Part shown: in pieces, positions 39,222 to 52,174 of the stretch
Numbering within the stretch: the first letter of the stretch is position 1
How the letters are laid out: the number at the start of each line of letters is the position of its first letter
Origin: Eledone cirrhosa
Lineage: Eukaryota
Assembly: GCA_964016885.1 (NCBI GenBank)
Contig: OZ024740.1
Span: 341,806,001 to 341,870,000, forward strand
Direction of reading: 5' to 3'
DNA: 64,000 bases
The notes under the pieces: generated by a model
The model's database searches: none
Seen by the model: the letters and a program-made list of their open reading frames with translations, nothing else
Told to the model about the DNA's origin: nothing
Made by a program: the position numbers and the translations under genes

Positions 39222-39675
39222 AAGGGTTCTCAAACTCAAGGACTCAAAAGAGCCATTACATCCTAGGGGAGAAGCACAGCAGGCCAAAAGTAAGCTGAAG
39301 GGTGCTAATCTGATCTGCAATACAGCTGATTGACTGGTATTTATTTTTTTTTTATCAAAATGAATACACATATGATAATAAGTGGAATATATGATTAGCA
39401 TAAAATGTTAGGGTACAAATTATCCATTTCAAAATTTCCTTAATTCCGTTTTTGATTTTGGTAAATTCCTTTTTTTTCGATTTTCATTTTTGATAAATTT
39501 TGTTTTATTTTTTCCCATTTTATTATATTTCATGGGTAAATTTCAATAAATTGTGCTATAGATATTATCAAAAGAGGAAGAAATTACCAAGTTTTAAAAA
39601 TAAATATTAGTCATGAAAATTGTTTTGCTGTGGGCCATACAAAAGTAGTTGGTGGGCTGTGAGTTTGAGACCCTG
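39222..39675. mobile_element. hAT-like MITE
   Basis: AGGGTTCTCAAACTC ... GAGTTTGAGACCCTG inverted termini. Confidence 0.5.
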
Positions 39676-40490
39676 GCTCTATTGCCAATTTATCGCCTTG
39701 TAATGATGAATCGATGAAAGGAGACTGCTGCTTAGAGTATCTGGTGGGGCCTGTGTTGGAGAAGGAAACTATTGCTGCAAGGAGTATCTGGTATGGCCTG
39801 TTAATAGCATTAACAGCAGCAATAACAATAGCAACAAAAACCATGGACTTCACCTTAGGGCTTTGCTGTTGCTGCCTCTGCTACTCTTTGTCCTTACCTT
39901 TAACCTTTTTTGCCTCCTTTCTCCCTCAAGTGGTTCCTACACCCACAAACATAGCAAATTGATCTTCTGCTCTGCACAGCCAATCTGATTGACTGTCTCT
40001 CCACTCCCTTAATGTGGTATAACTCCAGAATAGTCTTGTTGGCTTCAGGGTCATCAGAACTTATATGTCCATGCAGACTGCCACTAAATCACATGTGGGT
40101 TTTTTTTTTTATTATTTTTGTTTTTATTGTGCTTCCCAAATTATAACTGTTTATGTTTATTTGACATTTAGCAAGAGGGGGATCTTTTTTTGCAAACTAT
40201 CTTTGTATCTGAAAGTATTTTTCACACTGAGGATGAAGACATTTTAATTGTTTCCAATCTGGCCAATGCCAACACTTGTGAGAAGTGGTGCTTAGGAAGC
40301 AACAATTGTAGTAACCTATGTTTTCACCATGGGATCTACTATTATTATTGCTTCTGCCTCTACAGCATCCTGAAAATGGCCTTACTAAGCACTGCACACA
40401 TATTACAAAGCATATTCTCAATACAATAGAAATAACAACACTGCACATAACCAAGGCACACAGAGCTGTGCTCAGTAATGCAGTAACCAG

Positions 40491-40549
<59 letters not shown>

Positions 40550-41349
40550 TTCTTTATTGGCCACAAGGGCTGACATCAAGAAAAACATTACAAACGGCAC
40601 AGGATGGTACAGGACGGTACGATGTGGGTTTTGTGCGTGTAAATATTTTTATTATTTATATAAGAAAAGAAAAAAAAAAGACATAGAAACATATATATAA
40701 ACAATAAAAATGAAAATTGAAACAATGAAAAATTCCCCAATAGGGGGGGAAACCTCCGAGGGTTACTCGTGGCGAAAACCACACAAAAGACCACGGCCAC
40801 CCTGACCACCAGGGCAAGCGCCCTCTCTCAATTTTTCCATTTCTCAAACTATAGGCGTATATTCAGAGCGGTCCAGTTCACTCGGACCATTCTCGCTACA
40901 TTCACCCACCTTTCAACAAACTTGCTAGAGGGCAGCATTTGCCTCTCCACCCTGATTTTCCTCTTCAAGTGAAACTTGAAAAAGTTAATTAGGGATTTGC
41001 CGAAGAGGAAAGTGTCTGTCTTTAACCCTTTCCACCTTGTCCACCACACAATCTCTTTCGCCATGGCCACCAGGCAAATGAAAACCGCCTGCCCTTCCTC
41101 CTCGAAGGAAGACGGCGAGACCATCTGCACAATGGACTCAGTCGATAACCGGATCAGTCCTACACGCGACAGCAACTGTTCGACATAGCTCCACAAGTCA
41201 GCAATGCTCGGGCACTGAACGAGTGCGTGCACGACGGTTTCGTCGCTCTGCGCGCATCTCGGACAGGCTCGGCTGACGGCACTTCCGTGCCTGTAGAGCT
41301 TATCTCGAACCGGCAGCGCTCCCCGGTAGCACTGCCAGGCCAGGGATTT
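40491..41349 (-). mobile_element. Tx1/L1-like LINE 3' fragment (copy A) with AATAAA and (ATT)n tail
   Basis: Encodes the CPRCAQSDETVVHALVQC zinc knuckle (zf-RVT type) and C-terminus; tail at 40491-40549. Confidence 0.88.
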
Positions 41350-41350
41350 T

Positions 41351-43794
41351 TAATAATAATAATAATGCTTTCTTTATTAACCACAAGGGTTTACACAAAG
41401 TAGACATTAAGGACAGTACAGGACAATACAGGTACAAATGGGCATTTCTGCAAATAAAAAAAACAAAAAAACAGAGGATGTAATAATGAAAAATTCCCCA
41501 ATAGGGGGGAGACTTCCGAGGGCCATCGAGGAGAAAACCCATTAAAAAAAGCCACGGTGACCCTGACCACCAGGGCAATTGTCCTCTCCCAGTTTTCCAC
41601 CTTCAATTTACAGGCATATACTCAGAGTAGGTCCATTCACTTGAGCCATACTTGCCTCTCTCACCCATCTGTCAACAAAAAGCTGGGAAGAGAGCACCTC
41701 CCTCTCTACTCTGATTTTCCTTTTCAAATAAAATTGGAAAAAGTTAATCAGGGCATCACCGAAGAGGTAAGTGCTCATCTTCAGCCCTTTCAGACGCGTC
41801 CGCCATACTATCTCTTTCGCCATGGCCACCAGACAGATAAAAACTGCATGCCCTTCCCGGTTAAAGGAAGAGGGCAGGGAAATCCTCACGATGGACTCAG
41901 CTGATAGTCGGATCCGTTCTACACGTGACAGCAGGTGTTTGACATAAACCCACAAGTCAGCAATGCTCGGACACTGGACGAGTGCATGCAGGACGGTTTC
42001 GTCGCCCTGCGCGCATCTCAGACATGCCCGGCTGACGGCACCTCCATGCCTGTAGAGTTGTTTATCCCAAACTGGCAAAGCTCCTCGGTAGCACTGCCAG
42101 GCCAGGGATTTCTGGAAGTTGTCCATAGGCCTTGGCATGAAAGTTCTTCCAAAGAGATTGGCTAGTTGATTTTCGTCGATGCCTAGTTTCCCCAAGTATG
42201 TCGTCGCTCTTCCCCTCCACTAATCCTCTATAGAATGCCAAGGTGGAATTTTCACCAATCACATTGCCCAATTGGTCGAGGGCTGTGAGCACCTGAAGAC
42301 ATTCCAGTCTCCAAGCGCTCCCTCTCGGTCTTCACTTGATCCAGGACTGCAGCTCCGTCAGGGAGATGAGCTGGGGAAAGACGCATCTAGCAAATGCCGA
42401 CCACACCTGATCACCGTCGAGGAAGAGGTGGAGATGTCGTAGCCTGAGCGCGTGTCTGCGCATCATAAGCCACAGCATGCCCAGCCCTCCATGTAGCGGG
42501 TGTTGACAGCAGATGGACCGCCTGACCACCGGAGCGCATCCCTTCCACAAAAAGCGGAAGAGCAAACACTCCAGCGCAGTCAGGTGAGGCTTAGGACAAG
42601 GCACGACGGTCAGGCGGTAGTAGATGACGGACGCGATGTACGCGTTAACCACCTCCGCTTGACCTTTCAGGGATAGCTTACTCTCCGCCCATTTCTGGGT
42701 GAGAGAAGCCACCCTGCTCATCACCTCGTCCCAGTTTTTGTCCGTCTGGAGGCCCGGACCGAACCAGACCCCTAGCAATTTAACCGGTCCATCCGTCCAG
42801 CGCCTGACGACGCCATTGGATGGCATGGACATGCTTCTCCAGGTGCCGAGCTGCAGGCCCACCGACTTTTCCTGATTGATCATTGCTCCTGTCACAGCGT
42901 TGTATTCTCTTAGTGTAGTGCCAATCGCCTCGATGTGTTTGGCGTTCGACACCACTACGGTGACATCGTCCGCATATTCTGACATGGATCTTCCGCATCC
43001 TAGTTCACACGCGCCCCCCCCCCCCCCCTCAACGTCTCCAGTTTGTGCAGTAATGGCTCGAGAGTCAATACGTACAAGAGGGACGAGAGGGGACATCCTT
43101 GGCGGACCGAGCGCATGATGTTGAATGGTTCCGAAAGGTGACCGTTCACTCTCACCACAGAGCAGATGTCGCTGTGCATAGCAGAGATCCAGCTTCTGAA
43201 GACGGGCCCAAAGCCAGACGCCAGATAACGATGGTCGACCCTATCAAAAGCTTTCGACTGATCTAAATTGATCAAGGACCCACCCGTGCCAGGTTCCCTA
43301 GCTACCCGCTCCACAATGTATCGCATGAGGTGGAGGTTGTCGTGGATGGATCTGTCGGGAATGGCGCATGTCTGCGCCTCTCCTACCAGACCACCAACGA
43401 CAAGCGCCAACCTCTTTGCTAGCACCTTGACCAAAATCTTGAACTCTGTGTTTAGAAGAGTTATGGGCCTGAAATTATCTATGTTATCCCCCTTGTTCGG
43501 ATCCTTTTTCAGCAGCACCACCGTTTCTCGGCTCACAGAGCTGGGAATTCTCCCGTTCTGTTGCCAGTTGCAGTAGACGTCCGCCAAGAGGCCTCCGAAC
43601 AAGTCTGGCATCTGTACGTAAAGTTCATAGGGCAGACCATCCGATTTACCCTTTGTGCAGCCAGTCATTGCCTCCCATACTTCAGCTGCTGTTATCGGCT
43701 TTTCGCAACACTTCGCCTCAGTGGCCGAGAGCCGCGGCAGTCCGTCAAGGTAGACACTAAAGTCCATCCCTCGATCCGGCCCACCGCTGCCCCC
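41351..43794 (-). mobile_element. Tx1/L1-like LINE (copy B), RT to 3' end, frameshifted
   Basis: NFRPITLLN, LDQSKAFDRV, VRQGCPLS, YADD and KLLGV motifs across ORFs 43000-43848, 42332-43096 and 41608-42195; own AATAAA + (ATT)n tail. Confidence 0.92.
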
Positions 43795-44541
43795 CGATAA
43801 CTGGATCCGTCCTACATGCGACAGCAACTGTTCGACATAGCTCCACAAGTCCGCAATCTTCGGACACTGAATGAGTGTGTGCAGGACAGTTTTGTCACCC
43901 TGCGCGCATCTCGGACAGGTTCAGCTGACAGCACTTCCATACCTGTAGAGCTTATCTTGAACTGGCAACGCTCCGCGGTAGCAATGCCAGGCCGGAGATT
44001 TCTGGACGTTGTCCATAGGCCCCGGGCTGAAAGTTCTCTTGAAGATAGCGAATAGCTGATCATCTTCGATGCCCATGGTCTCACTCAAAACGTCATCGCT
44101 CTTCCCCTCCATTAGTCCTCTATAGAACGCTAAGTTGTAGTTCCACCGATGCTAGTGCCCAGCTGGTAGAAGGCTATGAGCGCTTGGAGACATTCCAGTT
44201 TCCAAGCGCTATCCCTCTGTCTTTTCCTGATCCAGGACTGCAGCTCCGTTAATGAGACGAGCTGGGGAAAACACGTCTGGCAAACGGCGACCACACCTGT
44301 TCACCATCAAGGAAGCCCCAGAGATGTCGCAGCCTCAGTGCATGTTTGCGTATCATCAGCCACAGTCCTCTGTGCAACGGGTGCTGACAGCAGATGGATC
44401 GTCTGACCATGGGAGCACGTCCCTTCTATAAAAAGCAGAAGGGGAGGCGCTCCATTTTTGTCAGAGTTGGGCTGTGGCAAAGCACAACGGTTAGGCAGTA
44501 AAGATGACAGATGCAATGAACGCATTCGCCACCTCTGCCCT
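43795..44541 (-). mobile_element. Tx1/L1-like LINE internal fragment (copy C), truncated at both ends
   Basis: Paralogous to about 41905-42665 of copy B (AEVANAFIASVI ... LWSYVEQLLSHVGRIQLS). Confidence 0.85.
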
Positions 44542-44564
44542 AACAACAGTAATAATAGTATAAT

Positions 44565-46122
44565 AATAATTGTTTCTACTTTTGGCACAAGGCCAGCAAT
44601 TACCCAGTGCATTACTGGTACTTTATTTTATCGACCCCCGTAAGGATGAAAGGCAAAGTTAACCTCGACAGGATTTGAACTCAGAATAGCAAGGGCCGTA
44701 ACTCTATGCGTCAAAGCATGGCATCCGACCCTCTACCAATACTGCCAATCCACCGCCATAATAGTATAATAATAATTGTTTCTACTTTTGGCACATGGCC
44801 AGCAATTACCCAGTACATTACTGGTACTTTATTTTATCGACCCCGTAAGCATGAAAGGTAAAGTTAACCTCGGCGGGATTTGAACTCAGAATAGCAAGGG
44901 CCGTAACTCTATGCGGCAAAGCATGGCGTCCGACCCTCTACCGATACTGCCAATCCAGGCACAAGGTTAGCAGTTTGAGTGGAGGGAAAGCGAATTAAAT
45001 TGACCCCAGTACATAACTGCTACTTTATACTATTGACCCACAGTTAATCTCAGAATTTAAAGAGTCAGAACAAATACAAGTCGATAGGGTTTCTAATTTA
45101 AGCATAAGGCCAGCAACTACATGTAATAATAATGGTTTCTGATTAAAGCACAAGGCCAAAGGTTTTGGGGGAGGGAAAGTTGATTAAGCCTTAAGCATTT
45201 AAACCTGCCATATCCATCCAGAATTCTCTCACCTCTTTCCATTCAAAGCGGCTGTGACCGGCCACTCATACTGATGTTAAGGTATTGTTCTCAAAATAAA
45301 TATCAAAATCTCATAGATTCGATATGAGATATTATGTGAGATAAAGCCTTTACCATAAAATATAATAGTAAATATAGAGTAACGTAAATGCTAAAGGGTT
45401 AAATCAATCCCAGGACATTACTGGTTCTTTACTTTATCGAGCCCATAAGGATGAAAGGCAAAGTTGAACACAGAATGTAAAGGGATGTAGCTCTATGCTG
45501 CAAAGCTCTACCAATCCACTGCCTTGCATTTTCTTGAATTACCATAACAATGGTTTCTGCACAAGGCCAACAATTTTTGGGAGGAGAAATCGATTAAATC
45601 AACCCCAGTTCATTACTTGTGTTTTATTTTATTGTCCCTATAAGGATGAAAGGCAAAGCTAACCATGGCGGGATTTGAACCCTGAATGTAAAGGGTCGTA
45701 ACTATATGCCACAAAGCATGTTGTCCGACGCTCTACCGATACTGCCAATCCATAACAATATTAAAAAGTAAAGACCCTTTTCTGTTGTGAATGATCATGG
45801 ATTTTGCACCTAGAAAGTTTCCCTCCAAGACATAAGCCTAGGTAAGATGTTTTTGTGGACCAGCAGCAGTCTGGGTGTCGAACTCACAACCTCACGATTG
45901 TGAATCCAACTCTCTAACCTTGGTAACTCTTGAGGGAGTCGTAGTGGCAGTGTATTGACATATGGCATAATATACAACAGTACTAAAACAACAACAACAA
46001 TAATAATGGTTTCTGAGTTAGGCACAAGGCCAGCAATTTTGGAGGAGGGGAAAGTTGATTAAATCGACCCCAGTGTATTACTGGCACTTTATTTTATCGA
46101 CCCCGTAAGGATGAAAGGCAAA
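44565..46122 (-). mobile_element. Cluster of tRNA-derived Nin-domain SINE copies and fragments (plus one MITE)
   Basis: Repeated B-box GAGTTCAAATCC, GCCTTTCATCCTTACGGGGTCGATAAAATAAAGTACCAG core and GGCCTTGTGCC...AGAAAC(AAT)n tail; near-identical tandem pair 44565-44760 / 44775-44956. Confidence 0.88.
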
Positions 46123-46200
46123 GCTAAATAATGTTAATAATGTTGGTCAGTGTAATGAGAAAAAAATAAATATAATAAACAAAAAAAAGCTTATGTTTAC

Positions 46201-46813
46201 CTGTTCCCATGTCAGAAACTTTTGTCGATGTCAATGTTGGTTCATGTAAGAAATTTTCTGAATCTCTTGTGTCATCGTATCTCCAAGCTGATGGTGCAAA
46301 CAATGGTAGAGTCCTGTTAAATGGGTAAATCCCTATCCAATTTGGATAATGACAGTTGTTGTCAAAATATATGGAACTTCCATTGACAAGGTTAGGGTTA
46401 GAGTTAACATTAGCAGTAACACTCATATAAAGATACAACCATCCAGGTAGATTGGGGAAATCCTTTGACTGATTAAACTTTTGTAGAATAAAACTGTGAA
46501 AGTAGGCTCTATTTAGTGCTAAGTTGTGTAAATGAAGCAATCCAGTTCTGTTGCGATAAAAAACTTTGCTCAAGAGATTATTGTATTTTGGTATCTGTGA
46601 AACAGTTCCAGGCCTCAGGAGAATATCAGACATCGATTTTGAACGACAGTTTTCTGCATTGACATTTTTCATAAAACTATCAATGTAATCAAATTTGTCT
46701 TTCTTCTGCCATTCCCACAGTGAACATTGACTAAGTCTTAGTATTCCTATGATGAAAACTAAACTGTACAGAGTCATAGGTGCTGAACCAGAGAATTTAT
46801 ATTTGATCAACAT
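46201..46813 (-). CDS. Gene 2 coding exon 1: signal peptide + start of first GPR158/GPR179-like Cache module
   Basis: ATG at 46813 (second ATG at 46777 gives MTLYSLVFIIGILRLSQC signal-like peptide); G|GTAAAC donor at 46200; NRTGLLHLHNLALNRAYFHSFIL motif; phase 1. Confidence 0.85.
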
Positions 46814-47679
46814 ATTTTAGGTAAAATACTCAACACCCTTGTTGGAGAATATCTACAAAAGATCTGTGCTAGTGTGCAAAAAATTTTCTTTCTTGAAAGA
46901 TCTGGAAGTGTGTAAAATAACTGCTGCCTAAAAGCAAAATGAGGTTATTTTAATCCTTGTATAGATTAGTAAATATCAAAATTAATCACCATCCTTGCTA
47001 TAAAACCTTTATTACTAATTGGAGGTTTCATTTTTTTTGTACTGAAAATACTAATTAGAAATAATTAGTGAATATCCTTTTAGTGGCAGTTTAGTCATGG
47101 TTTCATACTCAACGGAACATATTTCTGGTACTTATCAATTCCATTTGTTTTAACTGCTTGTGATTGAGTAGTACACTATCCCAATGGATAGTTATTTCTT
47201 GTGTAGATTTCTAATAAAAAGTATGTTAAACGCCAACATTTTTTGAAACTTTAATAAACTTTAGAAAGGAAATGAGAATAGAAGAATTGATAATATCAAC
47301 TAGATTGGGTAAAGGGGAAAGGGTAACTATATACATCACATTTATCTTACAGCAGGTTATGATGACATCTAATACCCCTAATCTATTTTAAAAGAATAAC
47401 TAAAGCCATTCTAGACCTCTAACAACAAATTGGACAATATTAATCCCGCCGAGGTTAACTTTGCCTTTCATCCTTACAGGGGTTGATAAAATAAAGTACC
47501 AGTAATACACTGGGATAATTACTGGCCTTGTGCCAATAGTAGAAACAATCTTTTATCTATGGATTGTAAGAGAAAAGACCATAATGTATTAAGTTAGTTT
47601 ATAACTCTGAAACCAGCAACTCAGATGTCAATACCAAAGAGAAAGAGCTAAGTCATAACTTTTATAGACAGCTTATATG

Positions 47680-47725
<46 letters not shown>

Positions 47726-47798
47726 GACTTTAATGGGGGTAACCACAGTAAGTAAGGTACTCAATACATAGCAGAGTATAAATATTTAATATAGAAAT

Positions 47799-47850
47799 GG
47801 CTTCTACAGGACTAGAACTGTTTCATTTGAAGGAAATCATCAGGAAAGCC
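47799..47850 (-). ncRNA. Minimal type I hammerhead motif in the left arm of a 400-bp fold-back; mirror copy at 48111-48161 (+)
   Basis: GGCTTTC-CTGATGA-TTTCCTTCAAAT-GAAA-CAG-TTCTAGTC-CTG-TA-GAAGCC; canonical core, weak stem II. Confidence 0.65.
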
Positions 47851-49029
47851 GACTGTCAATGTGTTATGGTGGTATTTATAGATTTTCTGGTGGTAGGGGA
47901 AAGTGGTGATTGGGATGGGTGGAGGTCATTGGCTGATGGATTTCAAGAATGGGGGTTATTTGAAAAAAACTATACTTAGAGAAAAATACATAGTGAAGGT
48001 TCATCTAAGTATAGTTTTTTCCATCAGCCAATAACCTACACCCATCCCAATCACCACCTTCCCCTACCACCAGAAAATGTATAAATACTACCATAACACA
48101 TTGACAGTCAGCTTTCCTGATGATTTCCTTTGAATGAAATAATTCTAGTCCTGTAGAAGCCATCTCTATATTAAATATATATATGTGTTGTCATCATCAT
48201 CCTCACCATCATTTTACGTCCGCTCTTCCCTGCTTGTTTATTTATTTATTTTATAAAACAATTGGTGAACAACAGTGGCATTGATTAGACTTTTCCAATG
48301 AATAAATCACTGTATCACTGCCTTTCTAATGGTGCGAATAACAGATGGTGTCTGTAATCATCAATATCCTTTTATGTCCACTTTCCATACTGATATAAAT
48401 TGGGCAGTCATTACAGTATGAGTCTTCCTAGATATGTTCAATTTTTGGCATGACACCAACCACTTTACAGAGTGAACTGGATATCTTTTATCATAGCACC
48501 AGCACTAGAGAAGTTGTCATGTCCTTGATATAACTAGTGAGTCCTCTCAGCTCTTTCTTGGTAGGGTTTCTACAGTAGGATATCCTTCCTACCACCTACC
48601 ACCTTACAGTGTGTAGTGGGTGCCTTTTTCATGGCACCAGCACTAAAGAGGTTGTCTGTCATTGACTACTCTTTCTACCTTACAGGGGATATAGGTTGGG
48701 GGGTTTGCAAGAAGGATGGTGAGTATGATGTCATGGATGTATAGGGGTCTGACAGAGTAATGTGCAATAAAGGAGAGGATGGTTTCTGATAGTAGTTACT
48801 AAGAAGTTGTGTGTCAAGATTTTAAGGGGGGGGGGGGGGCTGATCCTGGATAGAGCGTGGGTATTATGACTTAAGAGGGGTGGAGGTGATCCTCAATATA
48901 GATGGGGTGGGGACCGTCCTGTGAAGGTGAGAGTAGCTACTAAGGAGTGATAGTGAAAGTGGGGATATTTGGGGAGGTCAGGTCAGGTCATATTTTATGC
49001 TGGTTTCGGATAGTCTCCAGTATAGCATG

Positions 49030-50470
49030 TCATCAATTCCCACAGTCTTTTGTCATTTCCATTGTGAGGTTCAGCTTCATAAGGTCAGTTATCACAACCT
49101 CATCCTATGTCTTCCTAGGTTTGCCTCTTCCACAAGTCCTAACCATGAAATTTCTCCACGCAGCTGTAATTTTCTATATGCATCACATGTCAATACCAAA
49201 GCAGTCTTCTCTCCTGTATACTACTTCTAATTTCCTTATGTCAAGTTTTTCTTTCAGCTCATTTATGATATGTTCTTCATGTATACTAACATTATACATC
49301 CATTGGAGTATATTCACTTAATTTCTTTCTAGCAGTTTCATGTCATCTGCAGTCAGGGCGTATATCTTACTGTTATAGAGCTTTGCAGTTTGCCTGCAGC
49401 TATCATACAGTCTACCTTTCATTCTAAGAGATAAACCCTTTATTGCCTGCAGCAATAACAGTTCCCTGAATTTCTTCGACATGCCCTCACTCTGACTATA
49501 ATATATTTGGTTCATCCACCTCCACTACTAATAAGATCTTGATAGCAAAAGCTTTCTACCCCTTCCAGTGAACCTTCTGAATATTTGAGAGAATATCTTG
49601 AGTCTCTTGGTTATCCTTACTGTTCACTATTACTACACATCTACCACACATGAAGTCTACCCTTCCTGTTAGTCTATCTGTGATTCTACTACATCTTTTG
49701 CCTGCCCAGTCCACATTGAGATACCATATAGAATTCCTCCCTCTCTTTTTCTACACATTGAGCATGGTCATTTCCCTGACAGTAGCAGGATATTATCCAT
49801 TTTCTTACTTATTAAACTTTAGTCTTTAATAGGTTCTCTTTAAGGCCCTTTGATTTCAGATTTTGCTTCCATGTCTGGTACTTCTCTACTTCTTTGACCA
49901 TTTCAGCTATGAGGACTAGATCATCAGTATACAAGATCTTCCACAGACATCCAGTATAGAATACTCTGTTATGACATGGTGGTCGGTAATAAACATGAGG
50001 GCGCTGATGACTGAGCGTTCGTGAACCTCCACCTGCTCATTAAACTTTTCGCCAACTCTTACTATGTTAGTTATGCCTCTGTATATGGCTTGTACATACT
50101 TCACAGACCATTCCTCTATCCCCAACTTCCTAAGTGACCACCAAATTACAGACCATGAGATTCTGTCAAAAGTCTTTTCCAGATTGACAAATGCTAGTTA
50201 TAGGGGTTTATTCTTAGCTTAATCCTTTCTCTTGCAGCTATCTAACCAGGAAGATGGCATCCATAGTGGTTCTCCTGGGGATAAAGCTGAACTATATCTC
50301 ATTAAGATTAATTCTGTCCCTAATTAGTTGTACAACAAGTGTGCCTGTGACCTCCATGACCTGATCCAACAGTTTAATGCCTCAATAATTTCCTCTCTCT
50401 TGTGCATCACCTTTGCCTTTGTAGCAGTAGACAATGATGTTACTATGCCAATCATTGGGTATGACACCTT
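49030..50470 (-). mobile_element. Old degenerate RTE LINE (RT region)
   Basis: Fragments KKFRELL...GLSLRMKGRLYDSC and GIEEWSVKYVQAIY are homologous to the younger RTE copies; many stops. Confidence 0.85.
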
Positions 50471-51845
50471 CCTACACTACCTCATTATTTATGCTTTTTC
50501 TACCAAAGAGGCAACTAAAAGGGGTGGTATCAGGAAGGGATTCCAGCTATAAAACAATATCTCAAACCATCCTGTCCAACTTATACCAGCATTGAAGAAT
50601 GGACATTAAAACAATAATGATGATGATGATGATACGTGTGTGTATGTACACTAAGGTTAGTATTCTCTGGGATTAAGGTTTGCATTCAGATTCGTTAGAG
50701 TGAGGTTTCCTCGTTGGCTCTCAGATGTGCACATGTGTGTATATATATACATGGTTAGAGAAACTTTTGTTCATTCTCTTGGTCACACATCTTCATGTAC
50801 AATAAATCCAGTGAATCCATCAAGGTATTTTCATTTTCTTATTGTGAATTGTAAATGTAAGGATATCTAAAAATAGTATTGATCTTAATTACATTGAAAA
50901 AACAAGTATTTCAAACAATTAGTTTACAAAATGCAATTTTAAATGATAATATTAGCATCAATTTCTACATCAGCTTCAGGCTCTTTAACCTTTTCATGCA
51001 ATATTTCTAATGTAAGATACTGCCAATAATTTTCAAATAATTTTGAAAATTTGGAGGAATTTAGTAATATAACTCTCTTTTTATCAAATTAATGTTTGGA
51101 ACATAACTTAACCATTTTTAAAAATAACATTACAAATTGTTCACAATTTTCTCAGAATGAAAATATAAACTCAAATATAAACACCAATATAAACTCTCAC
51201 TCTGATCGTATATTTTGGTGCGTTATATATTTGTGAGGTTCCTAGCAATAGTTAATTGTATTTATTATATGTGTTTATATTTTCATTCTGGAAGAATTAT
51301 GAACAATTTGTAATGTTATTTATACAACTGTAAATAAAACTTATCCATTTTGTAATAATATTTCAAATGAAATACATTCTATTTCATTTAATTAAAGAAG
51401 AATTTTCAAGAATTTACTAGAATTATTAATTATTTTGAAATCTAAGATAGTAATTTAACATGTTTCTTATACTCTGATTTAAATAGTAACTATTTAAAAT
51501 GGGTGGTTTTGTTTCATAGAATCAGAGCTGGTTTTGGCAGGGTTGATGTTAAAATGGTTAACAAAGGTTCTTACATAAAATTATGATGGAGTGTTTTTAG
51601 ATAAATATAAACATTTTATAATAAACAGTTTTATATCATTGAATCAGAGATGGTTTCAGGCAGTTAATCAAAGAAAAAATGCATTTTCTAAATGATATTT
51701 TATAGAATGTAAAAATTAACTTTTAAATAACAAAGTCACAGATTCTATAACTGAATATGCTAAGGACTATGATTTAACATGAAATACTGCACAAGAATGT
51801 TTAAAATGATAACCACGTACTGAAGTTTAGTTACAAGGAACTTAC

Positions 51846-51990
51846 CTCATCTCAGTATTGATTTGTGGCAAAATCTTTGTTAAAATTCCAGTCAGTTTTT
51901 AAACTTCCCCAATAACACACACACCATAAAGATATTTGATGCCAAAATTATGCAAAATACCTTATTCAACGACAAATAGGCCAATCATAT
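51846..51990 (-). promoter_or_regulatory. Candidate non-coding first exon / promoter region of gene 2
   Basis: GAG|GTAAGT donor at 51845 and a TTTTGCTTTTAG acceptor at 46928-46929 upstream of the ATG; CCAAT motif near 51981. Upstream boundary is a guess. Confidence 0.3.
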
Positions 51991-52142
51991 AAAAGATACT
52001 TGCTTAAATATGTTAACTAAATGTGTACTTTTGATTTTTAAATTTAATTGCATTGGGAGAGAACAATCTATTTCTCTGTTTTCTTTTAAATAATGGAACC
52101 ACCTGAATGACTACAGTTTTATAATGTTTATGTCTGTCTGCT

Positions 52143-52174
<32 letters not shown>

